From Octopus sinensis (Eukaryota), in contig NC_043002.1 in assembly GCF_006345805.1 (NCBI RefSeq), positions 80,166,001-80,230,000 of the forward strand: 64,000 nt of DNA, in the 5' to 3' direction. The notes beneath the pieces are model-generated. The model did no database searches. It was not told where the DNA came from and saw only the letters and a program-made list of their open reading frames with translations. Positions 38,046 through 51,181 of this stretch are shown in pieces (the first letter of the stretch is position 1; each line of letters starts with the position of its first letter). The position numbers were made by a program, and so were the translations under genes.

Positions 38046-39084
38046 GATTTTAATCACCTTACTTTGAAATTGTATGGATAATACCGTACTAAATTTTGGT
38101 GCCTCAACTTAAGTACCATATTCATTTGAGTCTAAATTTTTGCTGAACTCATCTACCATACCCAAATATATATAGATATGTGTGTGTGTGTGTGTGTGTG
38201 TATGTATTATATGAGTATGTATGTATGGATATAGACCTCAGAAGGGATAAATATCCAAGCAAGGTGTATACTACAGGCTATTCTTCCCGCCGAGGATATC
38301 TTGATTAAAAGAATACACTGTCGCATGGAGTTACATGTTAACATACCCCCCCCCCCCCACACACACATGTACCTTCAAGTATATATTTCCTACTATTTCA
38401 TTGGATATACGGAAGCACCACTACGCGGTCTCTTCAATTGACACCAACAATAACTAAATTTCTCTCAAATCACATTCAAATTATATCACCTTAAAAGAAA
38501 AGATGCATTATATAATGTAGTTGTGGATAATCTGTGCTTGGAAAAAGACAATGCAGTTATGGTGGGAACCCCTTTGATCACAAATCTGCTTGTTAAATGC
38601 AAAATTGATGATGAAGGACCATCCCATGTCGAGAAGACCGTAATTTTCTCGCGGAGTATGTAAAGTGAATGAGAACTGAATGAAAAAATAATGAAATAAA
38701 TAAATATGAGTATATGAATGAATGAAAGATCAAATGCACGACTGAATGGAAGAATAATTCAATAAATCAATGAACCCTTGATTGAGAGAATTAATGAATA
38801 ACAAGAGAGAGAATGAATGAATGAATGAATGGTGATATATGAAATGAATACGTGAATGACAGGGCCGCTGTATTACTGAATGAATGAATGAATGAATGAA
38901 TGGATGGATGGATTGATGGTGAAGTCAATGAATAACTATGATGATACAGGGTAGATGTCCAAAGAAATCAATAGAAATTTTTGTATGAAAGGAAATTTAA
39001 AAACAAAAAATTTTTTCCTACAGCACAAGTCAGCTAGAAACTAAGGTCTCGAGATGCGATTTGAGTAAATGTCTGAATAACTCA

Positions 39085-39105
39085 GCACAATGATGATAAT
39101 AATAA

Positions 39106-39159
<54 letters not shown>

Positions 39160-39176
39160 CTATAATAATAATGATC

Positions 39177-39216
<40 letters not shown>

Positions 39217-39726
39217 GCCCTGATGCAGTACCAGACAGTGGCTCTGATGGCTTTTGATCTTAACTAATTGCATGTGTTATCATATACATAGATTTGTCTT
39301 GGTATAAAAGATGGGCTACAGCAAATATTCTGCTCAATATCACACATTTGCTTGTCAGTTGTTAGACCATAACCAGTTGACTATGTCCCTTAGTGGCTGA
39401 CGATATGTGCGTTTCTATTCGTGAGCAACATCCTTAAACATGATGTGCATATTGGGGTTCGTATATTTACCTCAGTGTAAATCCCTTATTAAGCACAGTG
39501 CACATCTTAAGGAGGTCCTTGTTGTGACGTGACAGATGACTAAAGACTCCGGTGCATTTTACCTGTGTTACGAAGGAATAATATTAATAATAATAATATA
39601 ATGATAACAACAACAACAATAATAATAATAACAAGAACAACAACAACAACAATAATAATAATAATAATGATAATAATAATAATAATATTAATAATAATAA
39701 TAATAATAATAACAATAATAATAATC

Positions 39727-39780
<54 letters not shown>
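39085..39780. repeat. Two (AAT)n/(AAC)n arrays (39085-39212, 39575-39780) flanking about 350 bp of non-simple sequence, probably LINE-derived
   Basis: Arrays read directly; the origin of the spacer is from recollection only. Confidence 0.7.
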
Positions 39781-39783
<3 letters not shown>

Positions 39784-39787
39784 CAGA

Positions 39788-40057
39788 AACAATTCATATC
39801 ATAGTAGGTGCATTAGGCATGATAAAAAATATTCAGACAATACATAACAAAAACACCAGGACTTACAAACACATATAACATACAGAAAATTGCACTACTA
39901 GGCACTGCACACATCCTACGCAGAACACTTTCCATACAATAACCATCAGAGCATCACAACAAATCACAGCACATACCTAAGGCACACAGAGCTGCGCTCG
40001 GTAGTGAAGCGAAAGCACGCTATAAAATAAAACTACTGAATGATAATAATAATAATA

Positions 40058-40126
<69 letters not shown>

Positions 40127-40135
40127 TAATAATAA
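39788..40135 (+). mobile_element. R4/Dong-type LINE 3' end with (AAT)n tail
   Basis: IIVGALGMIK...IQKIALLGTAHILRRTLSIQ* (stop 39940-39942), 3' UTR, then AAT repeats; homologous to the motifs at 10690-10830. Confidence 0.85.
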
Positions 40136-40139
40136 TAAG

Positions 40140-40265
40140 GTAGGACAGTATTTGCGTTAGGAAATATGTAAACACTACAAAATCAGCACTCCTGCTTACT
40201 GGTATGAACATCATCCTGAGCCAATCTTTGAATATAAAGATATCACTATCCTCTGAGATTTTCCT
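40140..40265 (+). mobile_element. R4/Dong-type LINE internal fragment
   Basis: CKHYKISTPAYWYEHHPEPIFEYKDITIL*DF resembles the WYEH-P...ILWDF segment preceding the RLE domain. Confidence 0.7.
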
Positions 40266-40753
40266 CCCGCTATTCCTCGCGTAACTGTTCTCTCCTTCTA
40301 CGCTAACGATCTCATGCTGCGTCCTCAAGCGATTATCCATATTTTAAAACATGTTATTACAATAATTAATCTCCTGAATGATTCAAAGTGTTTCAACTGA
40401 AAACCATATACGACGTATTAGACAGTTTTCGTTTAAAAGGTGAAAATATTTCTGAAATAGCCACCTAATTTGCAAGGACACAGTATATAGGATACAGTAA
40501 TTTATTGTATTGTAGGAAAATAAAAAGTAAAGGGAAAAAAATAGAATTAACATTTTTGATTTTGTTCGACTCTATGAATTTAATTTTTTTAATGCTTTCG
40601 TGAATTGCTTGATGCAAGAAAAAAGAAATTGGGAAACTCCTGAACAAATCAGAGAAATTCTAACTTAACAAAAATATATACAAAGAAAGTTGCGTTGATT
40701 TCCACCACGTGACAATTATTATCGCACACACACACACACATACATTCATATTA

Positions 40754-41678
40754 CCGGGGTTCGACAAAATAATGGAAACACCTAGCATCATAACATCATG
40801 ATTTTGAAATGTCTATAAAACCGTGAAATACTTGTTTATTATTATGTTTTTTTTTATTAGTTATTAGAGTATTGTTTAATATGTTTTGCCAAAATTGCTG
40901 TTCCTTTTCAGATATCATCAGAAAAAGGTAATTAAAATTCATTAAAATGACAGATCTATCGGACTTTCAAAGAGGTCAAATTGTTGGTGTTCGTATGACA
41001 GACGCTAGCTTAACGAAAACAGCCGAAATGTTTGATGTAAGAAGTATTGTCTCGTAAGTAATGACAGCCTTTGAGAACGAGAGAAAAACCTCCTCATCGA
41101 AACAAAACTCCGGAAGAAATCCAAAACTTACAGATAGGGAACATCAGACACACGAAGTGTTAGAAAGGATCACAAAAGTACAGCTCCCGAAATTACTGCA
41201 GAGCTTAATGACCACCGCACAAAGAGAGCTGCACAAAGCCAGATTTCACGGAAGGATTGCAATCAGAAAACCACTACTTTCAAAAACAAACGTTGCAAAT
41301 CGTTAGGAGTAAAAACCTACAGAATTGGTCCCTAAAGCAGTGGAAGATTGTTATTTTCTCGGACGAGTCATCCTTTACCTTATTTCCGACCACCAGCCGA
41401 GTATAAGTAGGGAGAAAGCCAAAAGAAGCATTTGATCCAGACTGCCTTCTTCCAACTGTTAAACATGGAGGAAGATCTGTGATGATCTGGAGGGCTATAT
41501 CTTGGAAACCCGCTGAATTAATCAAGCAGAATTAATCAAGACATTTTAAGCATATTATCTGATTAAATACATCCTATATTTGTGGAACTGTTTCCGGAGG
41601 GAAACGCAATCTTTCAGGATGGTAATGCACCAATTCACACAGCGAAATTTGTTACTGAATGGGACCAGGAAAATTCTC
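40754..41678 (+). mobile_element. Tc1-family DNA transposon, 3'-truncated, multiply frameshifted
   Basis: TA followed by TIR-like ccggggttcgacaaaataatggaaacacc; MTDLSDFQRGQIVG at 40947; GRNPKLT, IFSDESSF, VKHGGRSVMIW, FQDGNAPIH; third catalytic residue and right TIR absent. Confidence 0.9.
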
Positions 41679-41679
41679 C

Positions 41680-42251
41680 ATGGTGGAAAATCCAATGACT
41701 GCATTGCCTGACTGGCAGAGGACTGCAAGCGCCTGACGTCGCAGTCGCGACATATACAGTTACTCGCCTAACAGCACCGTGTGACTCAGTGTCCATGGAA
41801 CTTTTAGTTTTTTTTGGGAAGTCCTCTTGGATTCTAACACTGGCCTCTGGGCTTAGATTTCACGCATCATTAGGAATATTCTCCAAGTCTCGAAGCCCTT
41901 GGACTTGAAGATCTTCCCTTTATTTCAATGTTTTCATTTTTACTAGAAGAAATACATAAAACACATTATTTGTGGCCCTTATCATTACAAAGACTGATGA
42001 AAGTGTGTTTTCTTAATCTAGTGCTTGTCTGCTGATACTCTTCTTGTGAGTGTTTTGTGTTTGGTGAGCAGAACGCTGGTTGTGGTGGTGATGGTGGTGT
42101 AGATTTGTAAGTGTGGTTTCCATCTTGCTGTTGTGGGGTCTTTTCAGAGAAGGTGTAGTTTTCTCTAAATTTTTATTGTGCCTTATTTTATTTATTTCTC
42201 TATTTTTCCTTTCCTCTTTTTTAATTGCTTGGCTTTCCCTCCTCACCTGCA

Positions 42252-42282
<31 letters not shown>

Positions 42283-43100
42283 AGAGAGTGTAATAAATAA
42301 TGAGCTGAATCATTTTCTGGGCGCCGGGTTTTGGTTCTGGAGTTGTGGGCGTCTTTGTTGCTATTGCTGATCTTGCTGCTGCTGCTGCTACTACTGTTGT
42401 TAGCGTTGGTGTGGCTACAGGTATCCTTGTTCCCTTCATTGCTACATCTGTTGATGATACAGTTACTGTTGTCTGCTGTTGAGGCTGCGGCATCGGCTGC
42501 AGTGGTAGAGGACCCCTCTCTTCCACTTTTTACTCAAGACTGACAACTCTGAAGCTGCCTTTCAATGACATTCTACCCCCAACTGCAACAAGCAGATACA
42601 TTCCACTGATTCTACTGATAAGGTCTGGGATCTTTTCCACATCCACCAGTTTGATTTGAAGGAATATCTCCACTGTCGTCCCAGAACAAAATCCTACAGT
42701 TCCCTTCACTTCGGGAAGTGTTTCACGACCTTCCAAGTTGACATATACCAGCAACCACCAAATGTCCATCCAAGGCGGAACTATTTCAGTTTCTCCTTCT
42801 ATAAGTTGAGTAAAGGATGAGACTCCTGTCGCATATGAGAGCTATGGAATGTTTCTACCAGAGGGATTCACTGTTGAACTGACCATATTCTTTCTGTAAG
42901 TTGTACCCAACTTTCATGGATTATCTCCAATGGCAGACAAATGCTTCAAGGTTTTTAGAAAGTTGTATCACCTGTTTTTTTGTCCTCTAACAGTGATTGG
43001 CTCAGCAATTCTACATGTTCATTTTGTATGGACATAAGGTTTGTTTTCATACATGCTTTATGAACGGCTCACAATATTTTAGAATTATGTAGGACTTGCT
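41680..43100 (-). mobile_element. Probable L1/Tx1-type LINE fragment: decayed ORF1 plus start of ORF2 AP-endonuclease
   Basis: Long near-open frame 42830-42013 (VPPWMDIWWLL...KIPDLI...LLVAVGGR, then a P/Q/T/A-rich tail); downstream LQVQGLRD and VRIQEDF resemble the APE motifs LNVRGL and IQETH. Weak similarity. Confidence 0.45.
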
Positions 43101-43729
43101 AATAATATTGTTACTGCTATCACTGGCACTATTTTCCACTTGACTTATTTGAGTATTTGGGACTTATCCTATATTAACTGTCCACTGTACTTTTCATTTT
43201 TTGTTCCTCTCATGCGCTTAGTGGTTTGTTTCGATTCTATGTTCTCCTTTGAGACTTTATAGTGTTTTGTGTGATTGGATCACATGTGGTAGCTATTTTG
43301 GATGTGAAAATATAATATGTACAAATAACATTCCAAAAGGTTGAGAAACAAAGCTCTAAATATTTTGTTGCCTACCCTCGTATACCCACAACAACCTCTC
43401 TTGAGTAATTCTTACGCATTCTTCAAATAAAAATTTAAGTTACTATTGCGTAGATGAAACGTGTTTCGAATGAATGAAGAATTATAAGAAGCGTCTTCAG
43501 ACTACGAGTGCTGAGACACTGCTTTCATTGACAAATTATTTATAAGCCATTGTGGTTGAATACCCTTCCTATCACCAACCATTTTACAGAATATACTGAG
43601 TATTATTTTCTATTTTGCACTAATGAATATATTAAATTTTAACAGGTTGGTATTAAAATTATGAAGTAATAAATAGAAGTAAAGAAACCATTATTACTGC
43701 AAATACTCCTCCTACACCTCCTTCTCCAA

Positions 43730-43738
43730 CTACTACTT

Positions 43739-43785
<47 letters not shown>

Positions 43786-43853
43786 TCTACTACTACTACT
43801 ACTACTACTACTAAAAATAATAATAATGATGATGATGATGATAATAATAATAA

Positions 43854-43904
<51 letters not shown>

Positions 43905-43950
43905 CAGCAGTAGCAGCATCGTCGTCATCATCATCATCATCATCTTCATT
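43730..43950. repeat. Compound (ACT)n-(GCT)n-(AAT)n-(GAT)n-(AGT)n-(ATC)n array
   Basis: Direct reading. Confidence 0.95.
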
Positions 43951-44349
43951 ACATTTAACTCCGCTGTAGATGATAATAAAATAAAATAATAAGGACAACT
44001 AAGGTGGATGGAGGAATAATGGCAAAGCAAATGAATGACAAATCGATGGCAAATGGTGTATTTAAAGTAGGTATCAATTTTGTAATTATTTTCTAGTTAT
44101 CACAACAGACTTTGCGGCATGTTGACATAAGGAAACTTCAAAGAAATCTCTTTGTTGCCAAATGGGAATGGCGAGGAGACAGAATTCTAAATATTGTCTA
44201 TCTTACTATATTTCATTTTATTTATTTATTTATTTATCTATCTATTTTTTTTCTTCTAAAATTATACATACACGCGTGTCAGAAATATACGCAATATAAT
44301 ACAAAACATGTATGTGTGTATATTATATATATATATATATATTATATAT

Positions 44350-44420
<71 letters not shown>

Positions 44421-44618
44421 TATCGATAGAAAGATCGATAGATATATACATATATATATACACTGACCTACATATGTTGATTCATTCAGAGATAATTTGA
44501 TACATAGAGAAACAGCTGTATATATAGAAGATTGACCAGTTATAAATGTGTAAGCACATATATATATATATATTTGTATGATGGGATTTCTGTGCATATG
44601 CGCACGCATGTACGTACG

Positions 44619-44650
<32 letters not shown>

Positions 44651-44727
44651 CACGTATACAAAATATGTTTATACATATGTGTATGCATACAGGTATATAT
44701 ATATATGTATGTGTGTGTGTGTGTGCG

Positions 44728-44774
<47 letters not shown>

Positions 44775-44838
44775 AATAAAATGCGACACCAAAGCCAAGG
44801 CTGCGTGGAATTTTCAAGACACTTATAAAGAGATGTAA

Positions 44839-44886
44839 GTCTTACAGCTGTTTCTGTGATATTAGGGCTAACCCTTCATCAGAGAC
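44839..44886 (-). ncRNA. Minimal type I hammerhead motif of a second family, stem II degenerate
   Basis: GUCU-CUGAUGA-(AGGGUUAGCCCUAAUAUCACA)-GAAAC-AGCU-GUA/AGAC; stem III is the 8-nt palindrome ACAGCUGU. Confidence 0.6.
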
Positions 44887-45041
44887 GATGTGAAATGGTT
44901 AAATAGTGGTAATTATTAGAAATCAATATAAGGAGTTATTTTTGGAAAGGAAGGAAATAAGGAGCATATTGGAAAATAGGAGAATGAATGTAGAAATAAA
45001 AATAAAAATATATAAATACGCTATAGTTGCAGTTCTCTCTC

Positions 45042-45073
<32 letters not shown>

Positions 45074-45084
45074 ACTCTCACTCA

Positions 45085-45099
<15 letters not shown>

Positions 45100-45118
<19 letters not shown>

Positions 45119-45139
45119 GCATATTTATATATATATGTA

Positions 45140-45180
<41 letters not shown>

Positions 45181-45325
45181 GTACAAATATACGTATATAT
45201 ATATATAATATATATATATATTATATATATATATATATATATACATATATATATTATATATATACATATGTATATGTATAAATATACGTATATATATATA
45301 CATATGTATACATACATATAGATAC

Positions 45326-45357
<32 letters not shown>

Positions 45358-45378
45358 TATATATATGCATATATGTAC

Positions 45379-45429
<51 letters not shown>

Positions 45430-45432
45430 TAA
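45100..45432. repeat. Long (TA)n-rich microsatellite
   Basis: Direct reading. Confidence 0.95.
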
Positions 45433-45742
45433 TACGCCCACACATGTGTGTGTGAGAGAGAAGGCGAGCCTAGATGTGTGAATTTCGGAGTGGCATTTTC
45501 TTCCTAAGTCACCTGACATGCGAATATGTGCTGGAACGAGAGAAATTTAATCGTGGGTTTGATATTTCAGAGCATACACTAAAAAAAGGGCGCGCGCGTG
45601 TAGTTGCCTGTGCGTGATTGCGTGTGAGTATATATGTGTGTTGCTTTGCTCAAATTCGCGTGTCTATTGAGAATCACAAAGTAATTAGTGATACTATTAT
45701 TGCGATGACTATAACAGATACTTCAAACGATGAACTAAAATA

Positions 45743-46158
45743 GGCGTAGGAGTGGCTGTGTGGTAAGTAGATTGCTTACTAACCATATGGTTCCGGGTTC
45801 AGTCCCACTGCGTGGCATCTTGGACAAGTGTCTTCTACTATAGGCCGACCAAAGCTTGTGAGTGGATTTGGTAGACGGAAACTGAAAGAAGCCCGTCGTA
45901 TATATATGTATATAGATATATATATGTGTGTGTGTGTGTGTGTATGTATACTATGTGTCTGTGTTTGTCCCCCAACATCACTTGACAACCGATGCAGGTG
46001 TGTTTACGTCCCCGTAAATTAGCGGTTCGGCATAAGAGACCGATACAATAAGTACTAGGCTTACAAAGGATAAGCCCTGGCGTCGATTTGCTCGACTAAA
46101 GGCGGTGCTCTAGCATGTTCACAGTGAAAATGACTGGAACAAGTAAAAGAGTAAAAGA
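45743..46158 (+). mobile_element. SINE family A, full length
   Basis: Aligns to the 22077 copy. Confidence 0.95.
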
Positions 46159-46959
46159 ATATTGAAGTGAACACCATTAAAATAGCAGATAACTTAAAAG
46201 AATATACAAAACAAGAGATATGATGGTGATCATAATCAGTGTCAGAGTTAGATATTTTGGGACCTGGAGTTCTTTAGTTTTAATATGCTCTCCAGAGACC
46301 AAAATACAGGGCAGATCACCAAATATACGCATCAAAGACTGTTTATTGCATATAATTGGCAATGATATACACATCTGCATACATAAACACACAATGCATA
46401 CTAAATACATACATGATATGTACATACATATATACATACTACATACGTGCATAATATATCCATAATATATGCTTAAATACAAAGGTTACATGGTAAAAAA
46501 GCTGACCAGTTATTCATTAATTTTACATAGAAATATGCATAAATACATGAATGCTAAATGTTATACATAAATGTTAAATGTTAACTGGCAATTTACTGAC
46601 AGGGCTCCCACAGAGGTTTTCACATATGTACTTAATGCTTGGGTCAAATACACCAAACGAAGTACACGAGGTTGAATTAGTAAATCGTTCATCGAACTTG
46701 CCTCCGGCAAAAGGGTGGACGTTCCAACACTTTGGTATGAAAACCGCAGTAATTATCCTTTTGTTCCCTATAATTTCAGTTCGAATTTAAATGTGTGATG
46801 TTCATGCTTCTCGTAAATGGAAGGTTCATGTTTGGGTCTGACGTCTATAATACAACACATGATTTAAAGACAAAATCTGGATTAAAAGTCAGGAGATTCA
46901 TAAATGATGTGACAAATATAAAGACATTTTTCTTTTATGCGCACATTTACAAACTTTGT

Positions 46960-47290
46960 GAAGGCGTTTGGCTTTGCGGTTAAGGTAATCAGCTCACGAT
47001 CGTAACGTCGTGAGTTCGATTCCCGGCGGCGCGTTGTGTCTTTGTGCAAGACAATTTATTTCACGTTGTTCCAGTAAATACAGCTGGCAAAAATGAAATG
47101 TACCTGTAATTTAAACGGCCGGTCTGGTCACATTCTGTGTCATGCTGTATCGCCCTGAGAACTACGTTAATGATACGCATGTCTGTGGAGTGCTCAGCCA
47201 CTTGTACGGTAATTTCACGAGCAAGCTGTTCCGCTGAATGTATCAGGTGGGACCCACATCGGCATAACCGACGGAGCGCTACAACAAACT
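46960..47290 (+). mobile_element. SINE: family F head with tail gtggagtgctcagccact...accgacggagcgctacaac
   Basis: B-box GAGTTCGATTCC; homologous copy at 63010-63320 on the minus strand. Confidence 0.8.
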
Positions 47291-47640
47291 TCCATTGTGC
47301 TGCTACGTCATTTTACACTCAAATCGGTCCAACCACAAACACACAAATTCACAAATACACATACATACACACGCACGTGCACATGTACTCATACACTTAT
47401 TAGCTGAGAATACCTCTGCGATACTCTGGGAATTGGAGTTTCGGATAGAAACACTAGTCAATTGTTGGTTGAAATCTTGTCGAAATATGAATTCTCCTTC
47501 CGCAGTTTGTGTATAAGAGGCAGTAAGGGAGAGGAAGGAAGAGATGGAGAGAGACAGGCATATCAGTAGACACAGAGCGAGAGAAAGAAAGTGAGAATGG
47601 AAGAGAGAGTATGTGAGAGGGCTGAGAGAAATAGCAATAT

Positions 47641-47944
47641 TCTTTTATTCTTTTATTCTTTTAGTTGTTTCAGCCATTTAACTGTGGCGATGCTGGAGCA
47701 CCGCCTTCCAAAGTTTTTGTCGAACAATTTAGCCCCATGACTTATTGTTAATCCTAGTTCTTATTCTATTGGATCTTTTGCTGAACCGCTAAGTTATGGG
47801 AACGTTAACACACCAAAACCAGTTGTCAAGCGGTTGTTGGGGTGACAAACACAGACACATACATACATAATACATACATACATACCATACTACATAATAC
47901 ATACATACATACATACATACATACATACATGCATACATACATAC

Positions 47945-48014
<70 letters not shown>

Positions 48015-48404
48015 CAAACTGGGACAAGCACACAAAACATTTAGGAGACGATACAAAAAACACGGACGGGTCATTCGAAGCCTTCAATCTTCAGTCAAGA
48101 ACCTGATCATCCTCGCAATTTCGGCTGATTAATCTTGAGATTGCTCCAATCTGGCCAGCCTCAAGGAAAAACTAAGCGAAGCGCATTAGATTCCTTGGAA
48201 GAAAGCTTCGAATGTATACAAAGCAAGGACGGGAAAACGGACGATGTAACACGAATATGAATACAAAAATAATACGTAAAAACAATAATAATAATAATAC
48301 GTAGAAACTATATAATAAAAAATAACAAACAGGCGTCTTTCGACTAGACAAAATAAAATCAGCTGGCGTGTTAGGAATGTGCCTTGGGGCATATATATAT
48401 ACAC

Positions 48405-48473
<69 letters not shown>

Positions 48474-48640
48474 TTGATCGGCTGATTGTTTTCATTCTGT
48501 CTAGCAAATCCACTCACAAGTCTTTGGTCAGCCCGAGGCTAGCATTGAAGACACTTGCCCAAGGTGCCATGCAGTGGGACTCAACCCAGAACCATTTGGT
48601 TGAGAAGCAAGCTTCTTACCACACAGCCACTCCTGCACGT
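47641..48640 (-). mobile_element. SINE family A split into a 3' half (47641-47862) and a 5' half (48470-48640) by a family D insertion
   Basis: Both halves are co-oriented and end at the family's central microsatellite. Confidence 0.85.
48010..48370 (-). mobile_element. Dispersed repeat family D, second copy
   Basis: ggacgggtcattcgaagc...gcaatttcggctgattaatcttgagattgctcc...gaagaaagcttcgaatgtatac shared with 26650-26830. Confidence 0.85.
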
Positions 48641-49871
48641 ATACGTATAAACAAAGAAAGACATAAAGACTTCAAGACAGCAGTTAGACAAAAACAGACT
48701 TGAGAGGACAGCCGACAGAGAAAGAGAGAGAGAGAGAGAGAGAGTCTATGAGACAGCGCAATAGAAAATCAACGAGACACTGTTAAAGTTTCATATCTAC
48801 AGTAACAACAACAACACCATTAGCAGCAGCATCAATAACAGCATCGAAAGCAACCACAAAGCAGGTGCTATCTTTCTTTAATATCGCCATAATTCTACTG
48901 CACTCTTGTTTATTTTAGGCATTCGCCTTCTTTGTTGATCATTATTTCAGTTAATAGTAAACTGTTTATAAGTGAGATAAGACGATATTATCCATGATAT
49001 TGCATTGATGATAAAAGTTTACAAACTACCATTTCCAACTGTCAGAAGGTATTAGCATAGAGCACTACATGGTTTATCAGTATTTCTCATCGACGATATC
49101 AAGCAATCTATATAGAAAATTATCTGTTGCACCAATACGCCATTTTGACAGCAGGACAGAGGCCAGCGATGTTGAAGTGATTGTGGTGGTAGTTGTGATC
49201 TAGGAGAAGTGGTGATGGTGGTGATGATAGCGGTGGTGGTGTTCATTGCCTTCGTGGTGGTAGTGCTTCTGGTAGTAGTAGTAGTAGTAGTGGTCGTCTC
49301 GTCGTCGTGATGACAGCCATCGAGTGTAGGGGTTGTAGTGGTGGTGATATACGCCGCGTTGATAACGATATATAGTGAGTTTTTGTAGTATTCTCGGTGT
49401 TGATGGTGGTGATGGTGGTGGTGGTGGTCGTGATATTTGGTGGTATAGAATATTTTGTTTTAGTAGTGGTTGTGGTGGTGGTGGTGGTGGAGGTGAGGTC
49501 ATCGTCATCGTGATGACAGCCATAGAGTGTAGTTGAGATGAAGATGTAGATATTGCTAGTGATGTTGTCCGTCGCGGGGATAACGACATAGTGGAATTTG
49601 GTGATATTTGCGCTGGTTTGGCGGGGGTAGTGGTAGTGGTAGTGTTATTGGTGGATTTGGTGGTGGTGATGATGGAAGCTGTGGCGGAAATAACTGGGTA
49701 TGTTAACAGATTTACTTGATAATTGTGTTGATGGTTGTATTAGCAGTGGTATCTTAGTGGTGACGGCTGTGGTGGTGTCTATAGTATATTCGATGCGATG
49801 GTGGTGTATGAAGATGTTTCCTTAACTCCATCTCAAAACAAGAAGATTTTATGATGAATTTATAGACATCA

Positions 49872-50300
49872 GGCGCAGGAGTGGCTGTGCGGTAAGTAGC
49901 TTGCTTACCAACCACATGGTTCTGGGTTCAGTCCCACTGCATGGCACCTTGGGCAAGTGTCTTCTACTATAGCCTCGGGCCGACCAAAGCCTTGTGAGTG
50001 GATTTGGTAGACGGAAACTGAAAGAAGCTCGTCGTATATATGTGTATATATATATATATATATGTATGTATGTGTATATATTTGTGTGTCTGTGTTTGTC
50101 CCCCCCCCCATATCATTTGATAACCGATGCTGGTGTATTTACTTCCCCGTAACTTAGCGGTTCGGCAAATAAGACCGATAGAATAAGTACTAGGCTTACA
50201 AAGAATAAGTCCTGGGGTTGATTTGCTCGACTAAAGGCGGTGCTCCAGCATAGCCGCAGTCAAATGACTGAAACATGTAAAAGAGTAAAGAGTAAGAGTA
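49872..50300 (+). mobile_element. SINE family A, full length
   Basis: Aligns to the 22077 copy; tail gtaaaagagtaaagagtaagagta. Confidence 0.95.
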
Positions 50301-51131
50301 TTATAACTAGAACTATATTATCATTTGACTCCTTTTTTAATGGGTAATTTGGCTACCATTTCTAGGAGGTTGTGTTATTAATAACGAATGCCTTTGTTAA
50401 TTTGGTTGTGTTCGTCTTGTTGGTCATTGGTTTATTAAAGATCTTGTAGTCATATTTGCGTTCTAGTTTTGTGTTTTAGTTGCAATGAAATTCTTTGTAG
50501 ACGCACTGATTTCTATCATCATGTTAGTTGCTGTTTTATTTTGGTTACTACTGCGAAGAGTATTCATTTTGGTATCTCTGAAACATGGCTGCGAATATGG
50601 CGGTAGTAATATTGTGAATGTTAATTTTGCTTCTGTTGTTGAGACTTAACTCTGAAATAAATTGTCACCCATGGGACACAATCAATCGGTTACATGACTA
50701 GTGCTAACTATAGATAGTTACATGACTAGTGCTATCTGTAGATATATTGAGCATCTACCTTTTTTAAGAATATTCTGTGTTCAACGATATGCACTGGTTT
50801 ATCGAAGAATGTGTAGTGTCGTTGTTATAGGCATTTCCTTTGATCTTGATCTGTTATATTTGTTGATTCTATGTAGGCCTGGGTTTGCTCTGGTCAAACA
50901 GGCTTATTATCGAAGAACTTATAATTTGTAGTGATTTATATCAAACAACTTTTCAAAGTTCGGCAGAGATAGGGCCACGCCGTGAACGCCGTGCTTTCTG
51001 CACGTGAGTGTGTGCTTGTATATGAGTGTGTTTTTTGTGTGTGTGTGTGTGTGTGTGCATTTGTGTGTGCATGTATGCGTGTGTTTTTGTGTGTGTGTGT
51101 ATGTGTGCATATATGTACGCACTATGTATGA

Positions 51132-51181
<50 letters not shown>

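Noticed and set aside
40270-40345. FYANDLML resembling an RT YADD motif
   Set aside because: Too short and isolated to support a separate element.
46177-46482. Minus-strand ORF ending VPKYLTLTLIMITIISLVLYILL, resembling Cys-loop M3
   Set aside because: The upstream M2-equivalent contains N, K, Q and R, the frame stops immediately, and the region is AT-rich; likely compositional.
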